DNA of 64,000 bases from Adineta vaga (GCA_021613535.1 CP075495.1:2046001-2110000), one strand, 5' to 3'; shown: positions 26,889 through 39,564, counted from the stretch's first letter. Numbers and translations: made by a program. The notes: generated from the letters alone by a model not told the origin.

Positions 26889-28328
26889 ATGGTTGTAGGA
26901 AAAGTAGCAATTGCGATAGCTGGTATCACTATTGCCCTATTTGCTATTGCAGCTACGATTGTGATAAGTCTCATCACACTTTATGTTCCGAATCGCAGTG
27001 TTTCAGTATCAGGTATTGTTCACCAAAAAGTCTTTTTTTTACGCTAAGTTAGTACTTTTATTCTCCAATCATCTTTGATCATCCTCTTGTTTTATCGTGA
27101 AGAAAAGAATACAAATATGATCAGTTGATACTCGCTTTCAAAACAGTATAAATTGTTTTAATACCTGTAAATCATTCGAGTTCTGTTCACTAAATAATCA
27201 AATTTCATGTTAAACCGTATTTATTAATTGTAAGATGTTACAACATCTGTCCTGCTAGATGACATGTTTTCAAATAACATACATGATGATAGATTGTCTC
27301 AAATGAATTTTTTAACCGATTCTGTAATGATTAATTTCAGCCTATCAAAAATGTCTCACAGTCGCATCGAACTTTGCAACAACAGTTACTGGACCAGTAG
27401 CAAACATTGTGAACACAGTAGGTGTTACTACATCTTGTGCGCTCAGTTTTCAACCGTTTCCTGTCCAGGCACCATGATCAATGGAATATGTACTTGGCAA
27501 CGAAAATTAGCTATCACATGTATCGATGGCTCCACTGTACGTATTCGAGTGCAATCAAATGGTCTTCCAACACGTTGCGTTGTTGTACCATTGACTGCAA
27601 CCGTCAAAGAACACAATATCGATTTCGAAGTAGATTTCAATCCAAAAGTTAGTGTTAAGTCACCACTGTATTCACCAACCACTCAAACTCAACTCAATGG
27701 TATTCTCTGTAATGTTTCAACACAAGATTCAGCTCCATCATCTTCCAATCTAGTAGCATATTCAATAGAAAAATATCTATCCACAATGGCCGGAATCAGT
27801 ATTGATAATGTAGTTATTCTAAATGTGAATAGTGGTGATAGTGCTGATCCATTCTATCCACCAACTGGCTATGAACAAGAAGGAATCGACAGTTGTTTAT
27901 CACATCCACAAGCAAGTGGTGTTTATCATTATCATGTGGCTAGTGGATGTGCTGTTTCACCTCCAGTGGGTAACATCACATCGTGTGGTATAGACAATTC
28001 ATGTATCACAAATGTCGCTGGATACATGATTTCAACTTGGCCTTCATCTGCAAAGAAACTAACTGTGATTGGTATTGCTAAAGATGGTCATGTTATCTAT
28101 GGGCCATATTTGAATACAGGCGAGTTGATCAGTAGTGGTGTTGACATTTGCAATGGTATGTTCTATGATAGTATTGGTAATTATGCTTATTTTGCAACAA
28201 CAAAATATCCATACATTACGGGTTGTTTTGGACCAGGAAATTATCCATCATTCGGTCCAACTTGTACAACAAATGGACAATCATCTTATACAATGTCTAA
28301 ATATGCAGCTGTTAAAGCAAGTGGATAA
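26889..28328 (+). pseudogene. YHYH-domain protein copy 3, frameshifted
   Basis: Exon 1 is 26889-27012 and exon 2 starts at 27341. An extra GC at 27439-27442 (TGTGCGCTCAG vs TGTTCTCAG/TATGCTCAG) shifts the frame, giving stop TGA at 27475. The downstream domain is otherwise intact. Could be an assembly error. Confidence 0.7.
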
Positions 28329-28777
28329 ATTGCTAATGTGATCTGTAGACGACATTATTGGCATAAAGTTTCTATATATACTTTCTCTTGAAATATTGTG
28401 ACTTTTTTCGTTTTCGATATTTTTATATAATTTTTATTTCTCACTAATAAATTTATTTTTATCCGCTGTTCCCACTTAGTTAAAATTCATGGTATGGATA
28501 TACGTACGTATAGATTATAGCAAGAGAACATTATTATTTAGAAGATATTCATATTTAAGCGACCTCTACTGATAGATTCGTATATTGATTCAATGGTAAC
28601 TACCTTGACTCCAATGTTCAATGGAAATGAGTTATGTCTCCTGTTAATACATCTATAGTAGTGTGGCACCAAGAACAATAAATGTGACATCGTATACCCG
28701 ATCTGTACATGTGTTGTTGTATAAAATCTTTTCTTTTATATGACACGTATCGAAAGTATTCGATATAGAAAACAATA

Positions 28778-28791
28778 GGTTACATGGCAAC
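28778..28791 (+). promoter_or_regulatory. RFX X-box-like element upstream of IFT25
   Basis: GGTTACATGGCAAC with a perfect ATGGCAAC half-site, ~500 bp upstream of a ciliary gene whose 5' UTR appears to contain introns. Confidence 0.6.
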
Positions 28792-29288
28792 GACGGGAAG
28801 AGAAACGATTGTTAAACAGTTTCATATCAAACTTTGTTCGACTGGTAAATTTGAGAACTAATTTGAATTATTTTTTATCAGCAATATTTTATTACAGTAA
28901 CATATTCGAATATGAATGGTCGTCTCAATTGATATGACATATTTATCATTTCCAAATGTGAAATTAAAAATGACTAAGATTTTAATCATGTTATTGATTT
29001 ACTGGGATCAATAATCTTAGTTTATGAGAATTTATCGATCGGTTCATTAATGAATCATATTACTTTGAGTTCTATCAAAACCATTGTAAAATACCATTTA
29101 ATATATTTTAAAAATTAGAAATGACGATGAAATTCAGAAGTCCTAAATCAGCAAAGAACATTGGCAAAATGTATCTATTCTCCTTTGTATAGTTTTGAAA
29201 TGAACAATACATTATTTCTAATGCGATATTGAATTTTAAAAGAAAAATATCATTTTAGATTTATTTTACATTCTTTTCTCTATTCAAT

Positions 29289-29888
29289 ATGGCACTTGTT
29301 GATTCAAATGCATTTGTTTCTATGTCATCCAGTGCTGATCAAGATTATCCTCCAAGTAACATTCTTGATCCGTAAGTTGATCGATTTCTTCAAAAAGAAT
29401 CGTTTCTTTTTCGAGAATACTATATTATTTATCTATTAGAAGTGAAAATGTCTTTTGGATGACAACTGGTTTATATCCACAAGAATTTATTATTACATTT
29501 AAAGAACCAATTGACATTCGTGAAATACGATTTGTAACAACCAACGGTATGTAATCTTATTTTAAACATTATCTGACATAGGATTGAATTATTATTTTAG
29601 TCAAACGTTTTGTTATGTCTTCAACTAGTAATCAAGAACCAAAAAATTTCGAAACTCTTCTAGAAAAAAGTATGTCGAAGATCTTGTTCATCAACAAATG
29701 AATGTTAATTGTCTGTTTTAGCTTTACCAAATAGTGAGAATAAACTTCAAACAACTCCTCATACATTAGATCGATCGGTGGAAGTTCGTCATTTTAAATG
29801 TGTTATCCTAGCTGGTTATGATAGTTTTGCAAGTGTTCACGCACTAAAATTTGATAGTGGAAATAGTCGATCAAGTAAAAAATATTGA
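29289..29888 (+). CDS. IFT25: Intraflagellar transport protein 25 (HSPB11), 4 exons
   Basis: SSSADQDYPPSNILD...FWMTTGLYPQEFIITF...ILAGYDSFASVH. Confidence 0.92.
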
Positions 29889-30207
29889 ACTAATTCAAAT
29901 ACAATAAAATGTCATCATTCATCCATTTTTCTTGCTTGTGTATTGTATGAAAATCATTGTTCAATAAAATTGCATCTTCTTAATCTGTAACTAAATAATT
30001 TCAAAACACTCCATATGTATAGCATGATTTACCTAACAATTCTCTACATTTTGTAAGTGTGAAGGTATAGTATATGATCCGTCTTTTTTTGTTAAATGAC
30101 AACTGGCGACATCTAGGATTAGTTAGTATTTGATTCGCGCATTTCAATCATCGACATGTACTATTTTTTGTACCGTTCAGAAAGAAAAGTAACTCATATT
30201 CATAGAG

Positions 30208-30874
30208 ATGATGAAATCTATTCTATGCTATGGAGATTCTAATACATGGGGATTTGTTCCCGGATCATTTGGTATTCGAGAACGGTTCGATCGAAATACA
30301 CGTTGGACAGGTCGTTTACAACAATTGCTCGGTACAAAAGATTTTTATGTTATCGAAGAAGGTCTCAACGGTCGAACAACAAATCTAGATTATGGAAATA
30401 AACCAGATGGACGACGTGGAACAGAATTTTTATCATCGATTCTCTACACTCATTCTCCTCTGGATTTAGTTATTGTGACACTTGGAATAAATGATTTAAA
30501 GAAAGAATTCAATAATCGAACGAGTAAACATATTACTCAAGGTATTAAAGAAATTATTGAAATTATTCGTTCGACAAAATTTGGACCTAAAATGCAAGAT
30601 TCACCATATTCTTGTCGTCAGTATACCAATGCCAGTTGATACAAATTGTTCCGCTGTATTGGATATGTTCGAGAATGCTCAAGAACGAATTCGAAATTTA
30701 TCGATAGACTTGAAAAATCTTGTGAATAAATATGATAAGAATGTTTATTTTGTTGATGCAGCACCACATGTTCAAGCCAGTCCAGTTGATGGTATACATT
30801 TTGATGAGAAAGCTCATGAACAATTTGCTCTTCTGATGAATGATACGATCAGAAAAATTTTCAATTGTTCTTAA
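30208..30874 (+). pseudogene. Bacterial-type SGNH/GDSL arylesterase, intronless, single frameshift near 30605
   Basis: ILCYGDSNTWG, EEGLNGRTT, LGINDLK in frame 1 and DGIHF in another frame. TCACCATATT looks like TCA CCA CAT ATT minus CA. Confidence 0.75.
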
Positions 30875-30923
30875 TTAAAGAAAAACGAGAAATAATTGAC
30901 TTTTTGTTTTTTAGATTAAATAA

Positions 30924-31422
30924 TATGTCGGATAAAGGTGAAGAAGAGAAAAAAGATGAATCAACAACACCTAAAGAAGAAGAAGAAGAAGAAGCATTAC
31001 CACCTGAAGTTGAAGCTTTTTTCAAAGGTAAAAATAAATATAAACATCCCTATGGTGATTGGAAACCTGTTATTCGAGAAGAACCATTAAAACGGTTAGT
31101 TTTATCATTAAATTTGATTATTTATTTTTCATGTATGAAATCATTTTTTATTAGTAAAACATTCGGTGATCAACTTGATCTTCCTTCTGATAATTGGCAT
31201 TTACCAGAAAATCAACCTGTTGCAATTATTACAGAAACAAAAGATACATCTTATGTGAAATTAGATTTTAAAGAACGAGAAATAACTAGTTTACCCTCCA
31301 GTTCATTATCGAAAGCAAATGAAACAATTACATTTAAAAAACGAAAAGTTACTTCTAATCGACAATTACGTGGTGCAAATGATAAAAGTCATTCAAGAAA
31401 AAAAGAAACAGATGAAAGTTAA
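30924..31422 (+). CDS. WBP4/FBP21 C-terminal-like protein lacking zinc finger and WW domains (intron ~31095-31154)
   Basis: PYGDWKPV...LDLP...LDFKEREITSL...TFKKRK...RQLR resembles the WBP4 C-terminus. Confidence 0.6.
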
Positions 31423-31625
31423 TTGTACAACTCTTTTTTTTCTAATTTACTAGATGTAAATAAATTTGTTCGTTCGAATTAGAAACTTTTTGAATAATTA
31501 ATAATCGAATTTTATCTTGAATGTGAAGAAATGAATGAAAAAATTCGCGGGTTAATTACATTTATCATTCATTCTATTTTCCTATTAAATCTTCTGTTCT
31601 ATTCAATTCTTTATTGTTATTAAAT

Positions 31626-31979
31626 ATGAGTGATACGAGTATAGTCGGTGGTGAAGCATCAGACTACGATTTCAATGGTTCAAGACCTGGTTGTTGGAAT
31701 CGTATAGGAGCGAACATTTGTGTTGTAGTTTTGGCTATTATTACAATAATTCTAGCAGCTGGTTTGGGATATATGTTATTGCCAATTATACAAGGCAAGA
31801 AGGCAACCAAAGTGAAAGGTGCAAATAAAAGTAATAATCCAGCCCAGAAGATTGGACACGGTATGAAGCAAGGTTTAAATGTGATAGCTGGTGAATCAAA
31901 CTATGATGCATCATATGATCTTGAATCAAATTATGACGAAGGAGAAGTTGTCGATGGGAATGAGCGGTATGCCACATAA
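31626..31979 (+). CDS. Small single-pass membrane protein, intronless
   Basis: MSDTSIV...PGCWNR, followed by a TM ending LGYML and a basic tail. Confidence 0.6.
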   Translation: MSDTSIVGGEASDYDFNGSRPGCWNRIGANICVVVLAIITIILAAGLGYMLLPIIQGKKATKVKGANKSNNPAQKIGHGMKQGLNVIAGESNYDASYDLESNYDEGEVVDGNERYAT

Positions 31980-32313
31980 TATTTTGTTGATTGTTTTCTT
32001 CTACTGATAAAGAAACTTTTTCTATATTATCAATAATGATTTCATTTTTACAAGAGAATTTGTCATTTCGATATTATCTTGTCGGACTCAAGAATATTCT
32101 TGGAACAAATTGTGTGAATTAAAACTCGATATTGATTAGTTCTATGTAGATATATATATCTGTTCATTTTATTAATTGATAAAACAATATAACATGTTCA
32201 TATTGAGATAAACATTTACAAAGGAAAACATTTCATTATATCGGATAAAAGAAACAAAAAGAGATCTCAATATGTTCATAAAGAAAAAGAAAAAGTATAA
32301 ATATAAACTTAGA

Positions 32314-34791
32314 TCAATCTGATTCATCTATAAATGAAAAGGTTTCAACAAGAAATGATAAATTAAATGAATTTACCCATCGAATAATGTAAAGCAATGG
32401 ATGATCGTTCGAGTTGAACAAAGACACGATTCATTTCTGCTTCATCTTTAGTTGTATCTTGTGTTTTCTAAACATTGAAAAAAGAAAACATCACAGTTTC
32501 AAGAATATCATCTTTGATTGACTTACTGATTGATTAGATGTCATAGTTTCTTCTTCTTCTTCATACGCTAACTGTTTCTTAGCTAAAGATAAATATGTAT
32601 TTGAAAATGACAAATCAAGTTTATACCTGATGCTTGTTGTTGAAGTTTCTTTGTAATGCTACGAAGAAGTCGAGGTGAATCAATATTTACTTGGAAATCA
32701 CTCGTATCCATTGATGTTTGATCATCAATTCGATTACGACGACCAGTCCGTGGTGTTTTTGGTGGTGTACCATGTTCTATATGAAAACTAGAGAAGAAAC
32801 GATATATATATGACGTAATTTACCTGCTATAAGATCATCATCACCAGTTCGATCCGTTGTTGGTCGTTTTCGTGCTGTTGGTGGTGTAAAAATTGATTCT
32901 GCATTTGAAGTAACCGATGAAATTGACTTTGAAAAGAATAAAATAAAATGAATAAGATACTATGGAAATAATGTTCACATACAGAAACATCTGATAAATT
33001 TTCGATCTTCTTGGTCGGAACTACTGCTGCTGGTTTTGATTTCTTTGTTTTTAACCGTCGGAAAAGTTTCTTAAATTGCTCATCATCATCATCATCATCA
33101 TCATCGTCATCTTCCTGTTCTTCATTTTCATCATCTTGATTTTGCATTTCAGCAATTTTCTTTCGAGCAACCGCTGCTTGACCACGTACCGTACTTCGAC
33201 GTCCGACAGCAATCATTGGTGTGGCTGCTGATGAAATATCTGTTGCTGTAATTGTCGATGGTGTTGGTGAACTTATATGCACAGGTGGACGGGCATCAGG
33301 TGTCGAAATTTCATAAATAGCTGAAAGTGCTGGTGCATCGTTACGATTTCCTACAGTTATACGTGATGCTGTTTCACCCGGTTTTGGTGTGCTTGTATGT
33401 CGAATGAGAACGAGATTTTCAGCATTTGGTGTAGACGATGTGATCGGTGCAGGTGCACGAGATGGTGTTATTAATGATTCTATGAGAATCAATATGTAGA
33501 GACATTTTATTTGAAAATGATTATGAATTTACTAATAGCAGAAAAGAAACCAGTTTTCTTTTTATTTTTTGTTGTAACTGAAGTCGATAATGATGGAACA
33601 TTAGATGCATTCTTTGTTGGATCTAAATTTAGAAAATTAAGACTTTAGGTAAAGAATAGATATTGAAATTGTACCACTTGATTTGATCAATCTTTTCGTT
33701 GTTTTTCGTAATTTGGGCGATGAAACTATAGATACATCTAAATCGAAAACATACTTGTCTACAGAATATATAATTAAGTATATTAACCAGTAGTTGATTC
33801 TTCAGTATCTTGAGTTTTTCGTTTTTCACCAAGTAAATTCGCATATGTTGGTAATTCATCTGACTTAACACTCGATCCAGATAATTGAGGAACCTAAATG
33901 ATTAATTAATCGATGATTCATCAAATTACAAAAATGCAGTTTCTTCTTACTCGTGATAGAAATTTCACCCAAAGTTTACCATTCGGTGTTGCTAATCGAC
34001 CCATCAAACTACTTGTTTCATTTTCCGTATATATTTTCATCACATTTTCTTTTAGGAAATGAAATGGCGATGGTACAGGATTGATTTTATCTTCAACTAG
34101 AATAAGAAAATATATCTTAGACTAATTCAATAACTAATTTACATTGATCAAGTGCAGATAGAACAAAAGTTAATTCTACATCATTAGGTAAAGCATCATT
34201 CCAATTAAACATATATTCAATTTGATGAATTACATGTGCAATCATATGAATCGATGTATTCGATTTATTATCAGGTAATTTTATTGAATAATCAAACATT
34301 AATGAATACGTATCATAAACCTAAATTAAATATATATCTACGAAAGTAATCAGAATATCTTTCCTTTACTGTATTGACATCATTTTTCTTATAGAAGATC
34401 ATAGTAACACTAAGAATATGTTGTTTACGAACACCATCAATTACAGGACGAAGAATTTCAGTTAGTTTATACATTAATGGTGGACTTGTTCGAGTTAATG
34501 GTTTTAAACCACAAATAGGAGTATGACCAATAAGAAAACGATTAAAACATTGACTAGGAAGATATTTTAATTTTTGAAGCATAGTTGAAATTAATGTATA
34601 TGTCATCATAGGAAGAAAAACTAATTGTTTTGTTCCATCAGTTTGAATGATGGACTCTTCACCATTAATAGTTAATGTTTGATCATAAAGATTTTGCCAC
34701 TAGGAAAAAAGAAATTATTGAACAAAAAATTCTCTGAAAAATTAATTACTAATTTTAGTTCATTTGGTTGAAGAATTGAATTATATGCCAT
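32314..34791 (-). CDS. HORMA-domain protein, HORMAD/Hop1/HIM-3-like, with long disordered tail; multi-exon
   Basis: Spliced N-term LISTMLQKLKYLPSQCF...VIDGVRKQHILSVTMIFY...VYDTYSLMFDY...ALPNDVELTFVL...PVPSPF...MGRLATPNGKLWVKF follows the HORMAD pattern (cf. HORMAD1 PLPNDVCLTMKL and VGEVSTP). Confidence 0.7.
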
Positions 34792-35011
34792 GTTGATGAA
34801 ACGATTGTTATGGTAAGAATGAAAGAATTCAATCGACGAATGTACAACGGACTATTTTCTTTTTTCTTCAGTCAGAAACTTACTGATTCGTTCTTTCTTT
34901 TCGTACACATATATATATATATATATGTATCTCTTTTAAGTATGAAAATGATTTGCTTTTGTTTCTTTTATTTATACAAACAAACAAACAGAAAAAACAA
35001 TTCTAATCGAA

Positions 35012-36655
35012 CTAAAATGGCATCATCTTCCATTTGCCTTGTCGTTTATGATATTTAACCATTTCATATTTATACCAATCGGGCACCCATTTTTCATTAG
35101 GTACAGCCAATGAATATTTCGGTATATTTGGATACCCATTAAATGGACAAGTCATTGATAGATAATGTTTAATAACTTCTTCATTGATATCTTTTCGATC
35201 ACGATATTGTTCAAGATATGTATGAAATGGAGCCATTTCAACACTGAATTGTTGTGGAGGTAAATAACGTGGTTCAAAATCAAATTCATAACGAGGTTCG
35301 TTCATTCCTAGAAGAAAAAAACCCATAAAATAATCAATTGAATTATTTATGATTTACCTAATGTTTTATGAAAGATATCTTTTACACTGATATCCCATGC
35401 AACTTGAAAGAAAGCTAAACTAATCGGTCGAAGTTGTGAACAAAATTTATTGAAAAAATCAAATGTACGAAAAGTACGTTTTTCAAGACTAACACTAAAA
35501 CAAGAATTCAATTGAAATAAGTTTGAAAATCAAAGTTTACTACACACCTATTTCCAGGAAATGAGCCATATTCTTCTGAAAAATTAATTGCTCCTTTTTG
35601 ATGTTTATATAATAAAAATACACATCGATGCCATCCACTACCGTTCGGTGGAAATGGTGGTAAATATGAACATAAAGTTTCGCCTTTATCAATTTGATTT
35701 CCTGGGATATTTCCTCTGAAATAGATCATACGATTTTAAATGAAGATATCTATGATTTTTACATACACAAACCAATGAAGAACTTCTGCATCATCTTCTT
35801 TCAAATGTCCATCGAGATTTGTAAAAATTAATGTATAAAATTCATTCTCTTTATTTGTACTTTCCCATTTCACTTCAGGTTTTTCACTTGCCTACAAAAC
35901 GAGTTTTATGTTTTGTATTAAAAGGAAGAAAAAATGTATTCTAATCTTCTTACATCTTTTGCATACAATCGATTTCCACTATAAACAGGTGTAACTTGAT
36001 CATTTTCAAATGGATAATTGACATGTAATGGAAATTGAGGAATGAAATAACCATATTTAAATAGATCATCGAAAAGACCGTAATGATTTGCAATCATATA
36101 GAGATTATTCGAAAATTCTTTACTCGATAACCAATCATCACGAACTTCCTCCAATGGAATTCGTACTGCAAAAGAAAAGAATAAATCGATATGATTTCGT
36201 GTCATTTCTTGATTTTCATACATACGTGCACCATCATAATGTAATCTTTTTAAATCAGCTCGATCTCGTTGTTCAGCATAGTGTTGAAATCGTTGGCGAC
36301 TTTCTGCTTTAGAAAGTGAATTGAGTGAAGACGATATTCCTACATTAACTTTTTCAACACGTATTGGCTGAGGATCAAATTCTTGAAAAAGAAAAACCAA
36401 ATTCTAAAGACAAATCTTATCAATGATAATACCTTGACGTCGTTCTTCTAACGTTTTTAAATGCATATCTTTTGTATAAACTTCATCATGTGTAACTTCA
36501 AATTGTGTTTTATTTCTGTATGGAAAACGTTTTCTCCATATGGCTGTTGTATATGGCATAGGATCCGGCAAAGGAATTACACGATGATGACGGATTGATT
36601 CGACTTGAACATTTGAGATTATTTTAAATATATTCTTCCTAAGTATCATCGACAT
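35012..36655 (-). CDS. MRPL38: Mitochondrial ribosomal protein mL38 (PEBP domain)
   Basis: IANHYGLFDDLF, PVYSGN, TNLDGHL, LHWFVGNIPG, YLPPFPPNGSGWHRCVFLLYKH, FFQVAWD, EPRYEF. Confidence 0.93.
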
Positions 36656-36831
36656 CTAAAATGATCACACTCTACTGATATATCTATTGAACTGATGGTC
36701 ATAGGGTATATAAAAATAGATATAGATATATATATATTAGTATGGCACAAACGGTTAAAATACAAAATCATATGGAAGAGAAGAAAAACGTAGGACTGTG
36801 GAACGGCATTCTATGGACTAAATTAAGATTG

Positions 36832-37379
36832 TCAATTTTTTGTTGATTGTTCGGGATGTGTATAGTGATGGTGTGCAATACGTATGATTTGTTGAAGACC
36901 GGTTAGTCCAAGGCAGAAATTGACAATACCAAGAAAATAGTTTTTGGGTATAATTACCATACAATACTGAAAATCAAAAAGAGAATGTTTTTTTCTTAAT
37001 TGAGAAAAAGAAAAAGCAATGGAAATTTACTCGAGACCAAATTAATCCAGTTGCAGCAAGAGAAATCGATTGATTCAATGAAAGTTTTTCAGCTGGACGC
37101 ATAAGATCACCAAGACCAGCGACAACTAACGAACTTTTCATAACAGCTAGAAATAAATATGACATACAAACTCAAAACACACCAAATTGACTAAAACTTA
37201 CGCGACCAAAAATGTACGTATTTCGGACCGGCTAAACACAAAAGTTATAATATCAAACTATTCTTGTTCACAATAATCTTACCTGGATGATCCCATTTAA
37301 CAACTTTTTTCATCGATGGTGTTAAAGCTCGATCACCAATACCCACCAACATTCGATACACATCCGAGAGAATAAACAT
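36832..37379 (-). CDS. MPC2: Mitochondrial pyruvate carrier 2
   Basis: WDHPAGPKYVHFWSPVMK...AGLGDLMRPAEKLS...ATGLIWSRYCVVIIPKNY..GIVN. Confidence 0.93.
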
Positions 37380-37857
37380 TTTTAATCTAGATATTATTTT
37401 AAAAAAATTAGTTTTATTTTATTATATCTCTTCATATTTGATAAAAATTATCCAATTTTTTTTTGTTTTTTTCGTCAATATTCATCTAAATGAAAAATTT
37501 GTTTCATTAGTATTCTTTTTCTTCATTTAAAGATATTTCCACATAAAAAATACTAAAGAATATTATTATGAATAAATATAAACAAACTCTTCATCATAAC
37601 GAGAGAAAAAAAACACCGAGTACAATTGAAAATATTAAATGCAGAGAGAAGTAGGGGGTGCAATATGCAACAACAACAACAACAACTTTCACATCATAGA
37701 TAGATAATTAGATGTTTGTTTTTATTGAATATTACACTTGTGAAGAGAGAGAGAGAGAAATTTGACTAAGAAAAAAGGACGTAAAACACCATTTATTTCA
37801 CGCGATAGAAAAATAAAATCACTGTGCACTGTTATTATGTGTTCATTCGAAAATGAA

Positions 37858-39564
37858 TTAACTAAAACCAGGAGGTGGTGAACCAACATCAATAGTCAAA
37901 TGTGTAAATAATGGATATTCTATTGCAGATGTGAGATTATATCGAACTGATGATACACCATCCCATGTATAACGTTTCGCTGCTGAATAAAGTAATTTTG
38001 CTCTAAAGAAGAAAAACTTTCAATTTCAAAAAATCAGAACAAAAAAATATATATCATACCGTTTATTCCATATAGATGGGACACGTTTTGTATGTTGTAA
38101 CATTCGATAACGAGCTATGACTGCTGGTGGACGGATGATTTTGATGGATACTTCTTTAAATCTAAAGAATAGAAAATATTTGAAATAATTAATCTTAATT
38201 TCTTTCAAAAATCTAACCGATAATAAAGATCATCATCTTCAGCACCCCAACCCCAATAAAGATTACTATAACCATTCACAGTTAAGAAATGTTCAGTACG
38301 GATATTCAATACTCCACCAATGAGTTCTTCATAAGTTAATCTACGAAGAAGAAGAAGAAGAAAAACAAATCCATATTTATTCATCTTTAGTTTCATCTAT
38401 CAACATACTTATAATTCATTTCATCAACAGCAACAGACATATGACGAGGAAATATAGGACATGAATACATATTTCGATCATCTTCGGGTATTAAATCGAC
38501 ATCATGAAAGACAAAACATTGAAAATCATATTCACTTGATGCATATAGAAAAGCTGCATTCATCAAAACAGCTTTATTATATGTTCCATTGCCTTCTTGT
38601 TCGGAAACAAAAATTTTATAATCAAGTTCTTGTCGTTGTAAAATTGGATGTAAATAATAAAGTAATGTTATTAAATGTTCTAATCGATCTCGATATGGAA
38701 TGATTATTGCAACCTAACGAACGATAAACAAAGAAAGAAAAGATTCAAATAAGAGAAATTTCAGTATTATTCTTTTGTTTTTGTATTAGTTATTAGTAGA
38801 AAGCATACAAATATGTTTTAGTTCTATTTTAACTCAAACTTACTCAAATTTATCGAACTTTCTGAAATGAAAATCTATTTTTTGGAAATTTATATATTAG
38901 ATCATTATTTTACCCTGTGACGAGCGAGACAATGTGAAGGTGACCATTGACCACCTGATCTGACATTTGTATAATTCGTTTCAATTTCATATAGAGATAT
39001 ATTTGGAAAAGTTGAATTTTCATTAAGAAATCTTCCTTCTACAAGAAAAAGAATACAAAATCCGTCATTTGTTTTTGTTTTCCTTCTAAACTTACGAAGA
39101 TAACGTGGTTCTTCCGAACAATAATTTCGATGTTTTAATTTATGATTCGAAATTTTCAATGACTTTGATGTATTCGTTAAATTAGTCCATGAATGAAATA
39201 AATTCTCAAAACGAGATAGATATGTTTGAATATGAAAGAGAAGACGCCATTGTTCAATAGGTAAAACATTATTTCGTAATAAAGCTTCCATACTTTCATC
39301 CATTTGTTTAAGTTCTTCTTGAACTTTTTGCATGGAAGAAAAATTTGCTCCATAACGAGATGTATGAACGACAAGAATTTGAGATAAGATAATAATAATA
39401 AGAAATAAAAATAATAATAAAATTAAAACAGGTGGAATGTCACGATGTAATAAATTGGATGAGATTGGTTCATGACTATAACGATGTAATTGTTGATTCG
39501 TACGAGATGAATGTTTAGGAGGTATTAATGATGAGGAATGATGATTACCGTACGCGTACAACAT
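37858..39564 (-). CDS. GT7 beta-1,4-N-acetylgalactosaminyl/galactosyltransferase (paralog B)
   Basis: AIIIPYRDRLEH, YNKAVLMN, FHDVD, YEELIGG, WGWGAEDDD, YRMLQH; type II TM anchor. Confidence 0.9.

Larger units (their letters stand above)
21421..28450 (+). repeat. Tandem triplication, unit ~2.5-2.7 kb, containing YHYH genes and flanks
   Basis: Alignable promoters, coding regions, 3' flanks and intergenic stretches (e.g. ~23700-23800 vs ~26360-26450). Confidence 0.85.

Noticed and set aside
27264-27440. 354-aa ORF as intact YHYH copy 3
   Set aside because: Its N-terminus reads through intron sequence in the wrong frame and lacks the conserved anchor exon.
27475-27477. TGA as a selenocysteine codon, given the nearby tRNA-Sec
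   Set aside because: It arises in a shifted frame and does not align to a Cys. I found no selenoprotein in the window.
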